This document shows positions 63,547 to 64,000 of a stretch of DNA of 64,000 nt, piece after piece. The DNA comes from Alphaproteobacteria bacterium (GTDB lineage: Bacteria; Pseudomonadota; Alphaproteobacteria; Micavibrionales; UBA2020): contig JAICWS010000004.1 of the NCBI GenBank assembly GCA_025934695.1, forward strand, positions 26,666 to 90,665, written 5' to 3'. The notes beneath the pieces are model-generated. The model was not told the DNA's origin, searched no databases, and saw only the letters and a list, made by a program, of their open reading frames with translations. The stretch's first letter is position 1. Every line of letters begins with the position of its first letter. The position numbers were made by a program, and so were the translations under genes.

Positions 63547-64000
63547 CCGTTCCCGATCTTCACCACCTGCACACCAACCAGCGCCTGCTGCTGGAAGAGC
63601 TTCTGTCGCGCGGCGCGGAGGTTGAGATCATTGACGCGCAGCGCGAGATCGTCCGCGTCATTTACAGGGGCCGCGCCCGCTACCTGATCGACCGCACGAC
63701 CAGCGAAGTCGCTCATGTACCTGCGGTCCTGGCCGCGGACAAGTTCATGACCAAGCGCATCCTGCGCGAAGCGGGCATCCGCGCGCCGGACGGCGAAATC
63801 TTTTCCGAAGACACGCTGCATGAAGCCGTCGAATTTGCGCGGCAGCGCGGCTTCCGGGTTGTGTTCAAGCCCAACCACGGCTCTCACGGCAGGCACGTCG
63901 AAACCGACATTCGCGGCGAAGAGGATATCGAGCGCGCGGTCGAGCGCTATCTGTCCGACAGCAGCGGGTCGGGTGAATTCCTGATCGAAGATTTGGTCGA
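63543..64000 (+). CDS. ATP-grasp ligase (cyanophycin synthetase / GshAB-like ATP-grasp domain), partial
   Basis: Hand translation from TTG 63543 gives LAADKFMTKRILREAGIRAPDG...VVFKPNHGSHG...FLIED, open to the window end. Confidence 0.85.
   Translation, partial: MTVPDLHHLHTNQRLLLEELLSRGAEVEIIDAQREIVRVIYRGRARYLIDRTTSEVAHVPAVLAADKFMTKRILREAGIRAPDGEIFSEDTLHEAVEFARQRGFRVVFKPNHGSHGRHVETDIRGEEDIERAVERYLSDSSGSGEFLIEDLV

Overview
GC-rich bacterial chromosomal segment, most likely an alphaproteobacterium (perfect CtrA box, CpaF, ligase-associated DNA-repair quartet). The load of ankyrin/LRR/Sel1/RTX/zincin genes suggests a Micavibrio-like predatory or host-associated lineage (inference only). I saw no rRNA, tRNA, CRISPR array, integrase or transposase. 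Recognisable core content: tldD-pmbA, PdeM/Lhr-helicase/MBL-exonuclease/ATP-ligase, a CreBC-like two-component system with DUF4173, an M3 peptidase, a serralysin-like RTX protease, an ABC exporter, LuxR solo + PhyH, and an orphan CpaF. Most notable: (1) a 10-gene carrier-protein biosynthetic operon at 34061-41190 (AMP-ligase, ICMT-like methyltransferase, CerJ/ChlB6-type KAS III, AurF-like and ferritin-like diiron enzymes, SerRS-like amino acid:carrier protein ligase, two ACPs, reductase, PPTase), bracketed together with a tyrA-like gene by an exact 12-bp direct repeat; (2) a radical-SAM cluster from 58648 to the window end (B12-rSAM, CoaE-like kinase, rSAM fused to a BtaA/DUF3419 domain, methyltransferase, then a 77-aa peptide coupled to an ATP-grasp ligase); (3) a DUF4402-type chaperone-usher-like pilus locus; (4) about ten unrelated proteins ending in similar Lys/Pro-rich tails, a candidate shared secretion signal; (5) several palindromic repeat families, one apparently split by an inserted Sel1 gene. 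All family calls come from reading motifs by eye, not from database searches.
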